Shown: positions 61,856 through 64,000 of the stretch, piece by piece
How positions within the stretch are numbered: the stretch's first letter is position 1
How the letters are laid out: each line of letters starts with the position of its first letter
Assembly: GCA_041489255.1 (NCBI GenBank)
Contig: JBGPQV010000002.1
Span: forward strand, 1-64,000
Source: Thermoplasmata archaeon
GTDB taxonomy: Archaea; Thermoplasmatota; Thermoplasmata; RBG-16-68-12; JAFNFQ01
Reading direction: 5' to 3'
Length of the DNA: 64,000 nt
Made by a program: the position numbers and the translations under genes
The notes under the pieces: generated by a model
The model's database searches: none
The model's input: the letters and a program-made list of their open reading frames with translations, nothing else
What the model was told of the DNA's origin: nothing

Positions 61856-62239
61856 ACGAAAGAATTCAAGGTTTTTGTTCAGAACAAGCCAGGAGAGTTG
61901 GCTCGGGTCACGGAAGCTCTCGCGGCCGGACCGGTCAACATCAGGGCGATCGCCAGCGAAGTGAGCAACGAGCGCCCCTTCTTCCGGATAGTCACGAACG
62001 ATGTCGCGACGACGGAAAGGGCACTGAAGAACGCTGGCCTCGAATTCAAGCTCTGCGATGTCATCAACATCGAGCTGCTCGACAGACCAGGGGAGCTCGC
62101 GAAGATCGCGAAGAGACTTGCGAGGGCGGGAGTCAACGTCGAGTCAGTCTACATCCTCGCCACCAAGGACGGAAAGACGGAAATCGCCTTCAATGTGAGC
62201 GACGCAAAGAAGGCCATGGAGATCCTCAAGCTAACCTGA
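61856..62239 (+). CDS. Tandem ACT domain protein; apparent start codon is ACG
   Basis: KEFKVFVQNKPGELARV and DRPGELAKIAKRLARAGVNVES ACT repeats. Confidence 0.8.
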   Translation, partial: TKEFKVFVQNKPGELARVTEALAAGPVNIRAIASEVSNERPFFRIVTNDVATTERALKNAGLEFKLCDVINIELLDRPGELAKIAKRLARAGVNVESVYILATKDGKTEIAFNVSDAKKAMEILKLT

Positions 62240-62312
62240 GGACGCAGGTTGCGTCCCCCGCATATTCATCCGCCGGTTACATTCAATAGCGTCCTCCGAG
62301 CTAGAGATTGAT

Positions 62313-62831
62313 ATGGAAGGACGCTCTATGCCCTCGCAGAACGAAGCAGTCGCCGGTGAAGACCTCATGAAGCATCACAAAGTCGAGAGCGAGGAGGAAC
62401 TCGAGCCCGCGCCGGATTTTCTGATGAAGGTGAAGCGGACGATCAGGTTCGACGTCTCAGGGCTGCCGGTCCCCCAAGGGTCCATGAGGGCTTTCGTCGT
62501 CAAGGGAAGACCAATCATCACCTCGACATCGAAGGGGCTCGGCAGCTGGCGGCAGCTGGTCGCCGGCGAGGCGCAGAGGCGCGTCTCTGCACCGATCGAC
62601 GGCCCCGTGGCGATGACCCTCAGCTTCCGCCTCCCGCGGCCGAAGTCCGCGCCGAAGAAGAAGTGGATCTACCCGGCGAAGAGGCCGGATCTGGACAAGC
62701 TCGTCAGGGCCGTTCTGGACGCCGTCACCCATGTCATCATAACGGATGATTCGCAGGTTGTCTCTCTTACCGCCACCAAGGATTATGGTCCGCCGGGAGT
62801 CCTCGTCCAGGTCGATGAGATCGAGGTCTAG
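62313..62831 (+). CDS. RusA-family Holliday junction resolvase
   Basis: GLPVPQGS, RPDLDKLVRAVLDA, DDSQVV. Confidence 0.85.
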   Translation: MEGRSMPSQNEAVAGEDLMKHHKVESEEELEPAPDFLMKVKRTIRFDVSGLPVPQGSMRAFVVKGRPIITSTSKGLGSWRQLVAGEAQRRVSAPIDGPVAMTLSFRLPRPKSAPKKKWIYPAKRPDLDKLVRAVLDAVTHVIITDDSQVVSLTATKDYGPPGVLVQVDEIEV

Positions 62832-62900
62832 TGCTGCCACGCTTCATCCAGCCTTCTGGAAAAGTTCATATCATCGGCACTACTACTTCGGCTAACCGAC

Positions 62901-63221
62901 ATGTTCTGCCCGAAGTGCCAATCCCTGATGTTCCCGAGGAACGGCAAGATGGTCTGCGGCAACGCGGCCTGCGGGTTCAATCGTGACATAAACGACGGGG
63001 ACAACAACGTCACGAAGGTCACCAACCCATCGAAGATAAAGCCGATGGAGACTCTCGTGCTGGAGCAGATAACGAGCACACTGCCGAAGACCAGCGCGGA
63101 CTGTCCAAAGTGCGGCCACGGCGAGGCCTTCTGGGTAATGAGGCAGACACGCGCGGCTGACGAGCCGACGACCAGGATCTACCGTTGCGCCAAGTGCAGC
63201 CACACGTGGCGGGAATACTGA
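62901..63221 (+). CDS. tfs: Transcription factor S (TFS)
   Basis: MFCPKC, C-terminal zinc ribbon with QTRAADEP. Confidence 0.95.
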   Translation: MFCPKCQSLMFPRNGKMVCGNAACGFNRDINDGDNNVTKVTNPSKIKPMETLVLEQITSTLPKTSADCPKCGHGEAFWVMRQTRAADEPTTRIYRCAKCSHTWREY

Positions 63222-63317
63222 GCCCTCCATCAGGCCGTAGCAGCCAGAGCGTGTGAGGTCCACAAATAGGTTTATAATCGGACTGGTGATTTGGTGCCGA
63301 CCGCAAGGGGGAGCCTG

Positions 63318-64000
63318 ATGTTTGAGGCCAAAGTTAAGGCCGAAGTATTGAAAGAGCTCGTGGATGTCCTCTCGACCCTAGTCGACGAGACGAAGATCAA
63401 CGCCAACAAGGAAGGCATATCAGTCAGGGCAGTCGACCCTGCGCACGTGGCGATGGTCGATCTGAGCCTGGAGCGCGCGGCGTTCGAGAGCTATAATGCC
63501 GACGATCAGGAGCTCGGCCTAGACCTGGACAAGGTCAAGGAAGTGCTTAGGCTCGCGAGGACGGGCGATGTCATCGACCTGAAGTACGACGAGGACAAGA
63601 ACAAGCTCATCCTGCACGTCGGCAACATCACGAGGCGCATGGCCCTCGTGGATACCGCGGGCATGTCGGACACCAAGGTGCCCAACCTCAACCTTCCCGC
63701 CAAGCTGACCATCAGGGTCGAGGAGCTGCGCCAGGGCATAAGGGCCTCCGAGAACGTCTCCGACCACATCGCGCTCACCGTGTCGCCGGAGGGATTCGCG
63801 ATGCAGGGCGAGGGGGACACGGATTCTGTCGACCTGAAGCTCGGCAAGGACCTACTGGACGAGCTGGATAGCAAGGAGCAGGTCCGCTCGATGTTCCCGC
63901 TGGACTACTTCGCCAACATGATAAAGGCGATAACCACGGCCCCGAGCGTGACCATGTACCTGGGCAACGACTACCCTGTCAAGATCGAGTTCCAGATCGG
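63318..64000 (+). CDS. pcn: DNA polymerase sliding clamp PCNA, runs off the window end
   Basis: MFEAKVKAEVLKELVDVLSTLVDE..., AVDPAHVAMVDL, LGNDYPVK read directly from the sequence. Confidence 0.95.
   Translation, partial: MFEAKVKAEVLKELVDVLSTLVDETKINANKEGISVRAVDPAHVAMVDLSLERAAFESYNADDQELGLDLDKVKEVLRLARTGDVIDLKYDEDKNKLILHVGNITRRMALVDTAGMSDTKVPNLNLPAKLTIRVEELRQGIRASENVSDHIALTVSPEGFAMQGEGDTDSVDLKLGKDLLDELDSKEQVRSMFPLDYFANMIKAITTAPSVTMYLGNDYPVKIEFQI

Overview
GC-rich archaeal chromosomal window, most consistent with Thermoplasmata (stand-alone 23S rRNA with its own promoter, TBP, TFS, PCNA, membrane LonB, archaeal-type AlaRS). Housekeeping genes (23S, trm11, alaS, recJ/DHH, nadM, lonB, tfs, pcn) flank accessory DNA: a class III polyhydroxyalkanoate cluster (phaB, PhaE-like gene, phaE, phaC, enoyl-CoA hydratase), two VapBC-type TA pairs, GNATs, methyltransferases and several very large membrane-anchored surface proteins. 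Two structures are not explained by standard annotation. (1) Upstream of alaS lie three extra diverged direct copies of the alaS promoter plus first 24-45 codons, each separating an unrelated cargo module: an integrase-free, cassette-like array anchored on alaS. (2) A 20-unit, 21-bp-periodic degenerate array with a palindromic ACATGT core and a 146-bp higher-order period sits just past the terminator of a 124-aa all-helical orphan gene. I recognised no CRISPR array, integrase, transposase or tRNA. All family calls come from motif recognition by eye; no database search was run.
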